Shown here: positions 14,306 to 27,215 of the stretch, piece after piece
How positions within the stretch are numbered: position 1 is the first letter of the stretch
Layout: each line of letters begins with the position of its first letter
Origin: the human T2T-CHM13v2.0 reference genome, Homo sapiens
Length of the DNA: 64,000 bases
Direction: 5' to 3' (one strand)
Assembly (NCBI RefSeq): GCF_009914755.1
Contig: NC_060929.1
Translations under genes and position numbers: made by a program
Notes under the pieces: generated by a model
What the model was told of the DNA's origin: nothing
Seen by the model: only the letters and a program-made list of their open reading frames with translations
The model's database searches: none

Positions 14306-15539
14306 AGAATTATTTTTTAAAGCTAGAAAACAGAACCGCTGCATTGTAAACTAGTCAAGCTATTTTTAAAGTAAATTATTGAAGAAGTATTTTAAAATGC
14401 ATTTCCCTATTATTGTTAAGACCTTAAGGGGATTTCACTAGTTTCATTAAAATAAGAAACCGAACTCTGTCATTGTTTAAATAAAAATGCATGTTAAATT
14501 ATATTAGATGAGGGGAAATAATCTGTGCAAAGACATCTGCACATGAGTAGTAGAAAAGAACACGAAACAGTCAAGCTCAGGGACTTGTGGATTTTTTCTG
14601 CTCATAAAGTTGTGAAGTACATACTGAAAATCCAGGAGGTTAGGACTTATATAGGATTTCTTTGTTGTAAAAGCTTGAGTGGACACACATAAGGAATATA
14701 TGTCTTCAGATTTTCAACAGATAAAAACTGGTTTTGTGTCATTTGGTCTGGTTCACCAGTAGCCAATTTACCACTGTTCCTTTTGGCTCTATTTTCTTGG
14801 CTAAAGTTTGATTTCCCTTTACCTTAAGTCAAGCCAGAAAGGGATATTTTCCAAGGAAGAAGAATTCAATGAAATGGGATTAGATTAGATAGGACATTTT
14901 AGATTTTCATGGAATTTTCTTCTCTTTTTCATCATAGGGGCAAAATCAAAGCCGCCCCCTGTTAGTTTAATAGCACCATCACCACCTAACAGTCTAACCT
15001 GGAAGGGGAACTGACAGCATAAAGACCAGCCCTGGGCCGGTGATCCGAGGCTCAGCCCAGGCCTGAGACATATCACTGGGGACCTGGACTGCAGATCATG
15101 GGCCACTGCCTGGCAGAGACGTGCAAATGCCAATTTTGCTGCTTCTCCAAAGTCTGACACTGTGGAGACTCTTAGTGCAAGACTCTCAGGCCCTTCCTTG
15201 TGTGCCTTATCCCTCTGACTTCATCCTTGTTTTGAAAGTCCTACACTAAGCTACAAATCCACTACTTTCTTTTCCTCTGGGAGCAGCCATACCTTTCAAC
15301 TAGGGGGTCTCACATCTCCAGGTTGTGGATATCTGTCTCTTTATCCATCAGCCTGTCTCCTTCCCCACACAACCCTCTTGTCAAAATGCCCTTTGGAAAA
15401 TTAAACATTGCTTCCACGTGGAAACAGAACACAGGAAGGGAATTGTATTCATTCGTACATCACTGAAAAGACCAGGAAAGCAAAGAGTCCAGGGTAACCT
15501 CTGAACACTGAAAAAATGTTCATCTAATTTTTTTCTAAT

Positions 15540-16110
15540 GATCATGCTCAATGTTGGTGGGGTAATGGTGAGAAGGAATTGTCAGTGTTGGTGGAAATGC
15601 ACAGCAGTAGAACCTTTCTGGAAAGCTATTTGGCACGGTATATCAACACCTTTAAAAGAAACTCCTAGCCTTTGACCCACTAATTTTACTTTCAGGAATT
15701 TATGCTAAGGAAACAATTGAGACACTGGCAGGGATTCTCTACAAAGATGTGAGTTGCAATGCTATTTATAATAGCTAAAGGGGGATAGGAGTCTGAATAT
15801 ACACAATAAGAAAATGGTTACAGAAATCAGAGTATACCATACAATAGAACAGCCTGTAGCCATTTTAAAAATATGTTATCAAAGGCTATATAATTGCATT
15901 GGAAAATGCCTTATTAAGGGAAAAAAAGGAGGGTATTAACTACATGTGTAGTATAATTCTCCAAAAAAAAGCGAGGAGAAATATGCCAAAGTGTTAACAG
16001 TGATTATCAGTGGCATAAATTATGTATGGTTGTATTTCTTTTCTTCTTGGTTTTTGGTATTTTCCAATTTTCTACAAGGCCGTCAGTAATTTTCATTATT
16101 AGAATTTTGA
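15540..16110 (+). mobile_element. Old L1ME-like fragment
   Basis: ggtggaaatgc...aacctttctggaaagctatttggca...cctttgacccactaattttactttcaggaatttatgctaaggaaa. Confidence 0.7.
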
Positions 16111-17271
16111 AAGATTAACTTTCTTCTTCGTGGTCAGCTTACTCCTCCAGTTACAGAACCTCTCATCTTATAGCAGCTCTACTACTGTGGTGTGGAGATC
16201 AGAGAGGGTCTGCCACATCCCTTGTCAGACTGGGAGCCTGCCTGGGCAGCCCTGCCACAGTATGGCAGGCATGCCCTGGCTGGTCCAGCAGATGTTCCAT
16301 CATTCAAGTGAGTCACCACAGAAGGGTGTCAAGCTGATGATATTGCTACACACTGTACTTGAACTATCAGCCACAACCCATTATGCTGCCAAGCCTTTTA
16401 GCCTTATCTTCCTAAACCGTTATTCTTTCACTGTCCAGTGAATTTCAGAGACTGACTGGGACTGTCTGACTCCTTTTGAGGACACTGTGGGCCAGCAAAC
16501 TAAAGTGGATGTAAGCCTACCAGTTGAATCCAAACCAGACCAGCAAATGTTCCTTGCATGCTACAGTGTATGCTGTGTTGTTGCTGTCATTGGGCCTAGA
16601 TGTGGGGGCCTGGCAGGACCCCAGGAATATTTAGGGGCACTGGGCATTCAGCTTAATACACCCATCTGGACTCTGAGGGTTGTAGGAATGCCTTTAGCAG
16701 TCATCTGCTAAAATTGTAGTTATAAAATCATTTTCTCCTCTTTTAATTGTTTGTTATCCTTGGCTTCATTAGTGGGAAAGGGGTTGCAAATTTGATATTG
16801 GAGGTTTCAGAGCCAGGAGTGAAATTGACCATTTTGAAATTTGTCTGTTTTGTTTTGGGTTTGGTGAGGGGCAGGAGGGAGCAAGATTTTTATTTTGTTT
16901 ATTTATGTATTTATTTTTGTCTGCCGTTGTCATTTTTAAGTAACCTACAGCCAGACACTTCTGTAGTGAAAGGAGAATTTAAGATTCTACAAAGAGTCTT
17001 GGGCCATAATAACCATCCCTGTGCGTCTTATATCTCACATATGTGTTCTATGAGTATGAGAACACATAGTCATACACCCTTAGTTTTGCATCAGAACTAA
17101 AATACAATGTACTCTCTATTTCTTGTCTGTTTACAGTCCTTCTGTTGCGACATGCATCTTTGCAGTACATAAAATGTGCAGTAGTATTGTTGATAGGATT
17201 ATTGCCATGACTCTAAAGTACAAATAAACAAAAGGCATAATTCCTTTAGTCATTTAAAAAATCACAGAAGT

Positions 17272-19440
17272 GAAGAGTGCTGTAGATGTCTGTTAGGTCC
17301 GCTTGGTCCAGTGCTGAGTTCAAGTCCTGAATATCCTTGTTAATTTTCTATCTTGATCTGTCTAATATCTCAGTGGGGTGGTAAAGTCTCCCACTATTAT
17401 TGTGTGGTAGTATAAGTCTCTTTGTAAGTCTCTAAGAACTTGCTTTATGAATCTGGGTGCTCCTGTATTAGGTACATATATATTTAGGATAGTTAGCTCT
17501 TCCTGTTGCATTAAGTTAGCTCTTCTTTTTGCATTGATCCCTTTACCATTATTTAATGCACTTCTTTGTCTTTTTTCATCTTTGTTGGTTTTAAGTGTTT
17601 TATCAGAGACTAGGATTGCAACCCCTGCTTTTTTTTTTTTCCATTTGCTTGGTAAATTGAAGTGAACTGCCATTCACAATTGCTACAAAGAGAATAAAAT
17701 ACCTAGGAATACAACTTACAAGGGATATGAAGGACCTCTTCAAGGAAAACTACAGACCACTGCTCGAGGAAATAAGACAAGGACACAAACAAATGGAAAA
17801 ACATTCCATGTTCATGGATAGGAAGAATCAGTATCATGAAAATAGCCATAAAATAGCCATACTGCCCAAAGTAATTGATAGATTCAATGCTATCCCCATC
17901 AAGCTACCACTGACTTCCTTCACAGAATTAGAAAAAACTACTTTAAATTTCATATGGAACCAAAAAAGAGCCCGTATAGCCAAGACAATCCTAAGCAAAA
18001 AAACAAAGCTGGAGGGAACATGCTACCTGGATTCAAACTATATTACAAGGCTCCAGAAACCAAAACAGCATGGTACTGGTACCAAAACAGATATATAGAT
18101 CAATGGAACAGAACAGAGGCCTCAGAAATGACGCCACACATCTACAACCATCTGATCTCTGACAAACCTGATAAAAACAAGCAATGGGGAAAGGATTTCC
18201 TATTTAATAAATGCTGTTGGGAAAATTGGCTAGCCATATGCAGAAAACTGAAACTGGACCCCTTCCTTACATTTTATACAAAAATTAGCTCAAGATGGAT
18301 TAAAGACTTAAATGTAAGACCTAAAGCCGTAAAAACTCTAGAAGAAAACCTAGGCAATACCATTCAGGACATTGGCATGGTCAAAGACTTCATGACTAAA
18401 ACACCAAAAGCAATGGCAACAAAAGCCAAGATTGACAAATGTGATCTAATTAAACTAAAAAGCTTCTGCACAGCAGAAGAAACTATCATCAGAGTGAACA
18501 GGCAACCTACAGAATGGGAGAAAATTTTTGCAATCTATCTGACAAAGGGCTAATATCCAGAATCTACAAGGAACTTAAACAAATTTACAAGAAAAAAAAA
18601 CAACCCCATCAAAAAGTGGGTGAAGGATATGAACAGATACTTCTCAAAAGAAGACATTTATGTGGCAAACAAACATATAAAAAAAACACTCATCATCACT
18701 GGTCATTAGAGAAATGCAAATCAAAACCACAGTGAGATACCATCTCATGCCAGTTAGAATGGCAATCATTAAAAAGTCAGGAAACAACACATGCTGGAGA
18801 GGATGTGGAGAAACAGGAATGCTTTTACACTGTTGCTGGGGTTGTAAATTGGTTCAACCATTGTGGAAGACAGTGTGGCGATTTTTCAAGGATCTAGAGC
18901 CAGACATACCATTTGACCCAGCAATCCCACTACTGTGTATACACCCAAAGGATTATAAATCATTCTACTATAAAGACACATGCACACGTATGTTTATTGC
19001 AGCACTGTTCACAATAGCAAAGACTTGGAACCAACCCAAATGCCCATCAGTGATAGACTGGATAAAGAAAATGTGGCACATATACACCATGGAATACTAT
19101 GCAGCCATAAAAAAGGATGACTTCATGTCCTTTGCAGGGACATGGATGAAGCTGGAAACCATCATTCTCAGCAAACTAACACAGGAACAGAAAACCAAAC
19201 ACCGCATGTTCTCACTCATAAGTGGGAGTTAGTGAGAACACATGGACACAGGGAGGGGAACATCACACACCGGGGCCTGTCAGGGGGTAGGGGGCTAGGG
19301 GAGGGATAGCATTAGGAGAAATACCTAATGTAGATGATGGGTTGATGGGTGCAGCAAACCATCATGGCACGTGTATATCTATGTAACAAACCTGCACATT
19401 CTGCACATGTATCCCAGAACTTAAAGTATAATTAAAAAAA
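17272..19440 (+). mobile_element. L1PA (L1PA7-like) 5'-truncated, 5'-inverted insertion
   Basis: Antisense endonuclease segment at ~17272-17658 and sense ORF2 RT-end/C-domain plus 3' UTR plus poly(A) at ~17660-19440. 16-bp TSD AAAAAATCACAGAAGT (17256-17271, 19441-19456) at a TT/AAAA site. ORFs 17727-19232 are frameshifted ORF2 pieces. Confidence 0.95.
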
Positions 19441-19605
19441 AAAAAATCACAGAAGTACTATGGAGTATGCATTTTATTATTATACCAATTCAAACATAGT
19501 GGTAATAAATGTTAAAATGCAGTCACTTTATACCAAATGTTACTGCTATGGCTAAAACATAAACAAATGAAATTCTGAAATTCTGTTGTTAAAAATTGCA
19601 TTTGA

Positions 19606-20170
<565 letters not shown>

Positions 20171-20999
20171 TTAAAAAAAAAAAAGTTGGAAGGACTTTTT
20201 AATTGTCCTGTGGTAACCACTGACCAAAAGAACAGATTGGTACAAGCCCCTGGGTCTGGGCTGTTCTCTTGAACCTCCAAATTGTCCCTGGTTCTGCTTG
20301 GGTTCCTGGGCTGGGCTGTGGTTTGAAAGTTGTTGCCAGGCCTTGCCTACTAGGTCATTGTCTGGTGGGGCAGGGTTGTGTTGAGAGGACTGAGAAAGTG
20401 AGGCCTCTCTGACTAGCAGCAACTGTGGAAGAAAATGGAGACTGCACAGTAGAGAGGAGTTGACACTTTTCCTAGGACTCAAGACAGAGTCAAGGGGGAG
20501 CCAGGTATTAAGCTAGTACTAGCTTAGCCCTCAACTGATGGATCTTACTGTCTTACATTACTGTTGTTTTTAAATCTGTCGCTTCTTGTCAAATATATTT
20601 TAAGCTCTTGAAGTCAAGGGACCTTGGCAAATATCATTTATTGTATTGAACATACTGAGTGCTCAATGACTAGTTTTTGCTGGATTAAGAAAAAAAAGCT
20701 TTAAAGAGTCATACTCTTTACATTTTATTTCTTCTCTTATATGAATGCCATCTGCTATATGAATCCGCCAGACCGAACACTGGAGGCAGGATTGGGGATT
20801 TTGTTGGAATTTAGAATATGTTGAGTCTTATTGTGATTCTCTATCACTGTATTGTCATTTTCCCTTGCAAATAGGGTAGGTATCTAAAGGAAACACATGA
20901 ATCAGTGGTTAAGAAGAATTCTAATGCTATGACTGAGTCTGTAAAGAAGCTTGGCACAGGCTAGAGGAACAGGGCAAGTCCTGCTATGTCAGAGGGAGT

Positions 21000-21190
21000 A
21001 CGCTGGCTGCAGGAGCCCTGGGCTTAGAATCAGCAGATGAGGTTTGAACCTCAGCCCTGTTACTTATAGGCTGGGTATCCTTAGAGAAGCCTCAGCTTAG
21101 CCCAGGTTTCCACATCTGTGAAATGGGAATTATAGCAGTACTTGTTTGTGGGCTTGTTGCGTGGGTAAATGAGACTCATTAATTTACTCA
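21000..21190 (+). mobile_element. MIR SINE
   Basis: ggtttgaacctcagccctgttactta...gtttccacatctgtgaaatgggaattatagcagtact. Confidence 0.7.
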
Positions 21191-22562
21191 GTAATGATTT
21201 GTTAAATATAGTACCTACAGACACTGGATATTTTAGACACTGGATATACAGCAGTAAGCAAAACAAAAGCCTCTGCCTCATGGAATTTATGTTCTAAAAA
21301 TATACGTAATGGAATTTAATAAAGTGTTTATCAGTCACATTAGTTTGAGCCTCTCTGATGAACTCACACTGTGGTTTTTGCTGTTATTTGTCTATAGGTG
21401 TTACAACAGTAAGTAATTAGGGCTATTATTGGGTCTCATGTTTGAATTGGTATAACCCTAGGGAAGTCCCAGTAAGTAGGACATTTGTGTGTGCCTGCTA
21501 AATTGCAGTACGCTTAGAAAGTCTGTTCCCCTTGAACCGGATTTCTGTCATTTTTGCCCCCATGAAGGGCTTGTTTCAAATAGTTCAGCAGTCCGCTGAG
21601 ATTCAGGAGTGGCAAGTGGTGGTGTGGCTGAACTGGTTTCTCTCTGTCATTGGTGTTTGCACTATTTGTGATGTATGATTTCACAGAGTTGTGAAGGTGC
21701 TTGTGTCATTTGTGGAAATAAGTCAAAGGGCTAACACAACCAATTAAAATCCACAAGCCACGTTTCAGTGAGTAATTTCAACCTTTCCTCTCCAAACTTT
21801 TGATTAGCTACCCGTCAAGGAACAAAATGAACAAATTGAAGGTTTCAGTTCGTTTTTTTCATTGCCTTCCCTCTGGGGCTTTTTCTTTGAGTATCGTAAT
21901 GCCCAAATTCCACGAAAGGAGAAAGGGCAAGCCCAGGCAGCAAACCTCAGAGGAACCGCATTCTGCTGGTAATTGCATGCCGTCTCCCAAGAGGTGTATC
22001 TGTATTCACCTCCATCGGCTATCACCTTCTTCATGCAGTACTTCAGATCTCCAGTGGCACACAGCCCATCTAGTTAAAAATGCAAACAGGAGATTATTTT
22101 CTCACCGAATGGCCTTTGTGGCCCAGAAGAAAAAAAACATGGTCATTTCTGCTGAGACGTAACCTGAAAAACACTCCCACAAGAGTGGAAGCTGAAGGCT
22201 CGCTATAAGCTAGCCCTGCCTCAGAACAAGGCTGGTGATAGCACGTGGGTGTGGGAACTCATGTGCGTGGGCTCAGGGCATTTGTCGCCAATGTACATGA
22301 TCGAAGAAGCTTCTATCACCTGAAAAGCAGTTGTTCTGCAGGGCAAAGCCTGTTTATACTCCGAGGAATTACAGAACAGACGTTTACTTGGACGTGGAGA
22401 TTTGGTCTGGAGGAATGTGACATGGCCCTGACAGCACATCCCTGGGTTTCGGTGCTCCTCTGCTCTGCCCAGCTTTCCGTCATCTGGCCTCCCATGACCT
22501 CCTGTGCTCCCATTGTGGTTTCCCTGTGTGCTGACAAGTTTTCTGGTTGTTATGTCTTGCAG

Positions 22563-22673
22563 CCCCCCGAATCCAAGCCCAACTTCACCCCTCTCGCCAT
22601 CTTGGCCCATGTTCTCGGCGCCATCCAGCCCTATGCCCACCTCATCCACGTCCAGCGACTCATCCCCCGTCAG
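22563..22673 (+). CDS. ARHGAP26: ARHGAP26 same exon, short form using the proximal donor (GRAF1b-type isoform, 55 aa shorter)
   Basis: Internal donor CAG|GTCTGT after 22673, 165 nt (55 codons) before the distal donor and in the same phase. This matches the known long/short GRAF1 isoform difference. Confidence 0.9.
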
Positions 22674-22838
22674 GTCTGTTGCAGGGTTTGTTTGGTTTTC
22701 TGTTGCTGCCGTTGTTCTCTCATTGGCTCGGTCCTCTCTTCATGCAGTGTTCAGCCTCCTCGTCAACTTTGTTCCCTGCCATCCAAACCTGCACTTGCTT
22801 TTTGACAGGCCAGAAGAAGCGGTACATGAAGACTCCAG
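22563..22838 (+). CDS. ARHGAP26: ARHGAP26 third-last coding exon, long form (Ser/Pro-rich region plus 55-aa hydrophobic insert, GRAF1a-type isoform)
   Basis: Acceptor tgtcttgcAG at 22561-22562. Translates (L)PPNPSPTSPLSPSWPMFSAPSSPMPTSSTSSDSSPVRSVAGFVWFSVAAVVLSLARSSLHAVFSLLVNFVPCHPNLHLLFDRPEEAVHEDS(S), recognised as GRAF1. Donor CAG|GTAAAA after 22838; phase 2 matches the next exon. Confidence 0.95.
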
Positions 22839-24863
22839 GTAAAATCTCGGATGATGACCAATCTGTTCCCGTTTATCCAAAGCTGGCCAGGGACAACAGG
22901 GGGCTGCCCCTGCTCTCCTGTGGTTCCATCCTAAGAGACCAGAGCTAAAAGGGACCATTTGCATGAATCAGCATGGCATTTTTCACACCCTTTTCAACCC
23001 TGACTCAAGTTTCTGAATTAACCTCTCTGGTGCCTAGAGTTAGGGGAAGGAGCACCTCCTGAACCAGACTCGGGTTTTGATGGCTCTCTCAATTTCATGT
23101 GCTCTCTGCACTTTGGTGTAAGATAACATAAGAGGAAACAGTGTTGGGACATGTGCCAACCTTTTCTTTTCTCATGTTTATCAGGCAGCGTCAGGCAATA
23201 TTTATTTGTGGGGTTGGGCCCCTGGCCCTAAGCACTGACACCCAGTCACTTAGACCAGATCCACTGGGGGAGAGACGTCGAACATAGAATAAAAGCTTGA
23301 GAGACGAAGCGATTTCTCTTAAATTGCTCACGGCTTATGCCTCGTTGTCCCCCATATACTCCCGAAACCATCCATGCTCCCAGCCTGCTTCTGTCTCTGT
23401 GTGTCATGAAGCCTGAGCTGTCCTGGGAACAGGCACTACCTCTCTCTGAGGGAGAGCAGCTTGACCTAGTTCCTCTTCTCAGGGCCATGCTGTAGTTTTC
23501 CCTGCTTTTGTGACTTCCGCACTTAAGTTTTTTGCTCTTGTGCTCTTTGGGAAAAAAAAAGAGCTCTTTACAACCGGGAAAAGAACGAATAGGGATCCTG
23601 CAGAATTCCTATGCTGTGGAGCTCCTAAACGTGCTTCTCTCTCAAGCTTAGTCTCAGCTTTCAGACAACCAAATTGTAGAGCCCAGTTATAAGCATCAGA
23701 AGCGTTTTGGGCTTTGGGAGTATTTTCCCTTCTGTCTTTTTCTCCAAAGGGTGGATCCAGCAGAGAGGCTTAAATAATTTATGAAGCCGAGTTTCACTTT
23801 TAGAAGAAAAGAAAACCCCATGCTATTTATATATATACAGATACATATATTACTTTATTCCCCACTAGGCACTTACACATCTATCATTTCATTCTATCCT
23901 CGTGTGAGAATGAGAAGAGAAATGGCCTGAACCCTACTGTGGAAAAAGAAAACTAAAACACAGGGAGGTGACTTGGACACAATGCTATGACTAAATGAGA
24001 GCCAATCCAGAATTCAGGACTTCTCCCCCTCAGCTCAGCACTCTTTCCTCCAAACACGTGGGTAACCCCAACTTTGAGTTTCCGTGCAGCTCCCAGCCCA
24101 GAGCCTGACTTGCTCTTTTAGGTTTTATACAGCTTTCTACCTGGCTTTGTCCTGGATGATGGGAAGGAGATTTTCAGTAATTCTTTTTTTTCTCACTCTA
24201 TAAATAAGGGAAATTTTCAGATCATGTCTTCCTGACATTCTAGTGATTTCCTAATCATTTCTTGGACATCTTCTGGGCACTTTGGGAGACATCAACTTTC
24301 TAAGATACCAGAAATAGCATAGATTATTCTCATTAGATCATGAGGACCTGAACCAGAGGAAACTAAGTGACCACAGACAAGTCAGCTTCCAAAATGCCTC
24401 ACTTACTCATTAGAGAAACTTGGGCTTTAGGAAAATGTAATTCCTTCATTTTTATCAAAATGGAGTAAAAATCTTCAAAATATTGGCCCTTTGGACAAAA
24501 TGGGTTAAGAGACTCAAGAGAGTGAAATCACTCAGCTAAAATCCTAAAATGTCCTCTCTGCCTTGATGGTACTCACTTTTTTGTGACTCTGAGATTTGGG
24601 GCCCTGTTTCTTGTCAAGTATCTCTACCTCTTCACTCGTTTTCATCTCCCCAAATATTTCCAGACTGTTTTTCCTTCCTACTTCTTCCTACCTCCCAAAG
24701 TATTTCCAGATTGACAGAGGGCAATGGCAATAGAATCTGCCATTCTGTTGCCATCTTGTGTGTCTGGGGTCACAGTTACTCAGTACCTCCTCCCCTGGCC
24801 ATTGTTAGAATAGCACTATTTGGACACCCTTTAGGAAGCTGCCCTCTTGAAATAGTCAAGGCA

Positions 24864-25178
<315 letters not shown>

Positions 25179-25464
25179 CTAAATGTGTGTGCCCAGATGA
25201 GCACAGACAGCAACACTGCTGAGGAGCTAGCCCATCAGAGGAACAGAGAGGGCCGAAACCTGTACACTGTAGTATATAGCAAAGAGGTGGTGGTATACAC
25301 CCATTATTCAGGTCCACTGGGGCCTCCCTCAAATCCACTTCCAGAGCATGAAGCTTCAGATTTCCTTCCCTGAGCAAAGCCTTTATAAGTAAATATTGAA
25401 TTAGATCTAATCAGTGGTCCCATGAACTTCTGAATGATGTCTCCTCTGGAAATTGCTTACTGTC

Positions 25465-25821
25465 TGAATTAGTCTGTTTTCATGCTGCTGATAAAAACAT
25501 ACCCGAGACTGGGAAGAAAAAGACGTTTAACGGACTTGCAGTTCCACGTGGCTGGGGAGGCCTCACAATCCTGGCAGAAGGCAAGGAGGAGGAAGTCACG
25601 TCTTTCATGGATGGCGGCAGGCAAAAAGAGAGTTTGTGCAGGGAAACTCCCGTTTTTTAAAATCATCAGATCTCGTGAGACCCATTCAGTATTATGAGAA
25701 CAGTACAGGAAAGACCGTCCCCAGTGATTCAATCATCTCCCACCGAGTCTCTCCCACAACACGGGAATGATGGGAGCTACAAGATGAGATTCAGGTGGGG
25801 ACACAGAGCCAAACCATATCA
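25465..25821 (-). mobile_element. THE1 (MaLR) solo LTR
   Basis: Ends ...gccaaaccatatca (reverse of TGATATGGTTTGGC); 5-bp TSD CTGTC at 25460-25464 and 25822-25826. Confidence 0.93.
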
Positions 25822-26541
25822 CTGTCCCCTCTTCAAACCATTTATAGACCTTGTTTGTTCAAAGTCAGGAATGAAGATGCCTTTTGCAGCACAGTAGAGA
25901 AAGGGTGCTGGAGACACATTCCCTCCGTATTTCCCTTTTCTTTCACTTGCTCACCCCTCCCCCAAAAAAGCCGATAGCCCCAAACCCGTAACTTGCATTT
26001 GCCCAGGGGTCCCTGGAAATTATGCCTAAATGATCAACCCCTTTCCACCTGCCAGTCTAGCTGGTCCCACCTCCCTGTAGTGCCATATGATGGCGAATGG
26101 GTCATCATTTTGCAAGGTTTGCAAGGGCATTTGAGGGAAACTCCTGTGAGTGCTTTCCAGGCCTTGTGCCATGCTCAGAGGTGAAAATTAAAAGGGAACT
26201 AGCAGGAGGATCCAAACTTGTTCATGCCCTTAAAGGCCCAGCTGAGGTCTGAAGGGCACTGTGACAGGAGCAGCCGAAAACTACCCCAGGCCCTCTGTAT
26301 CCAGTTTTGAGATATACTGTGGAGAATAGGAAGCCAAAGAACCAATGATGCCTGGTGGAGATTTTTTATTTTATTTTTTTATCAGAGCCAAAACCTACAA
26401 ATACAATCTCTCTGCCAACAGGATTTGTCTGTTTTGGTAGGAACCCTACCTAAAGCAAACTGCTTAAGACCTTTCAGAAGGAGTTATGGGACACTTGACT
26501 TGTTGGGCTGACAAGCTTTTAAGAAGATAAGACTTTTTGGG

Positions 26542-26740
26542 TAGGGTTGCCAGATTTAGCAAATAAAATAAAAATACAGCAGACCCAGTTAAATTTGGAT
26601 GGTAGATAAACAACAAAAATTTTTTCATATATGTATGTCCCATGCAATATTTGGGACATAACGTATACTAAAGAAATATTTATTGTTTATTCTGCCATCC
26701 AAATCTAACTAGGTGTCCTGTATTTTATCTGGCAACCCTA
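26542..26740. mobile_element. MER53 palindromic MITE
   Basis: TIRs TAGGGTTGCCAGAT / ATCTGGCAACCCTA; central palindrome tatgtcccatgcaatatttgggacata. Confidence 0.9.
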
Positions 26741-26942
26741 CCCATTCCTATTCCTTGGGCAACAGGAATGGCCCCCTTTAAAAGCACCTCTTCTGTCATT
26801 TCTCCCATTTTTGTGCCTATCCTAAGGCAGTAGAGGGAGATCTCAAGGGAAAAGCCCTCCCATAGACTGTCAGTTGCCTATCAACTTGAGAAAAAAACAA
26901 GGCCCTTTCTTGGCTTGCTTATTTATTTATTTACCTACTTAC

Positions 26943-27215
<273 letters not shown>

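Noticed and set aside
14951-14968. CTCF-like motif (reverse CTAACAGGGGGCGG)
   Set aside because: Mismatches at informative 5' core positions; cannot be supported without ChIP data.
17727-19232. Long ORFs (123, 199, 172 aa) resembling reverse-transcriptase-associated protein
   Set aside because: Frameshifted fragments of L1 ORF2 in a truncated element; not a host gene or an active retroelement.
22245-22948. Overlapping 186-aa and 133-aa ORFs, and a 142-aa antisense ORF, around the ARHGAP26 exon
   Set aside because: Alternative frames of a GC-rich, Ser/Pro-coding exon with non-ATG starts or no recognisable domain; no support as separate proteins.
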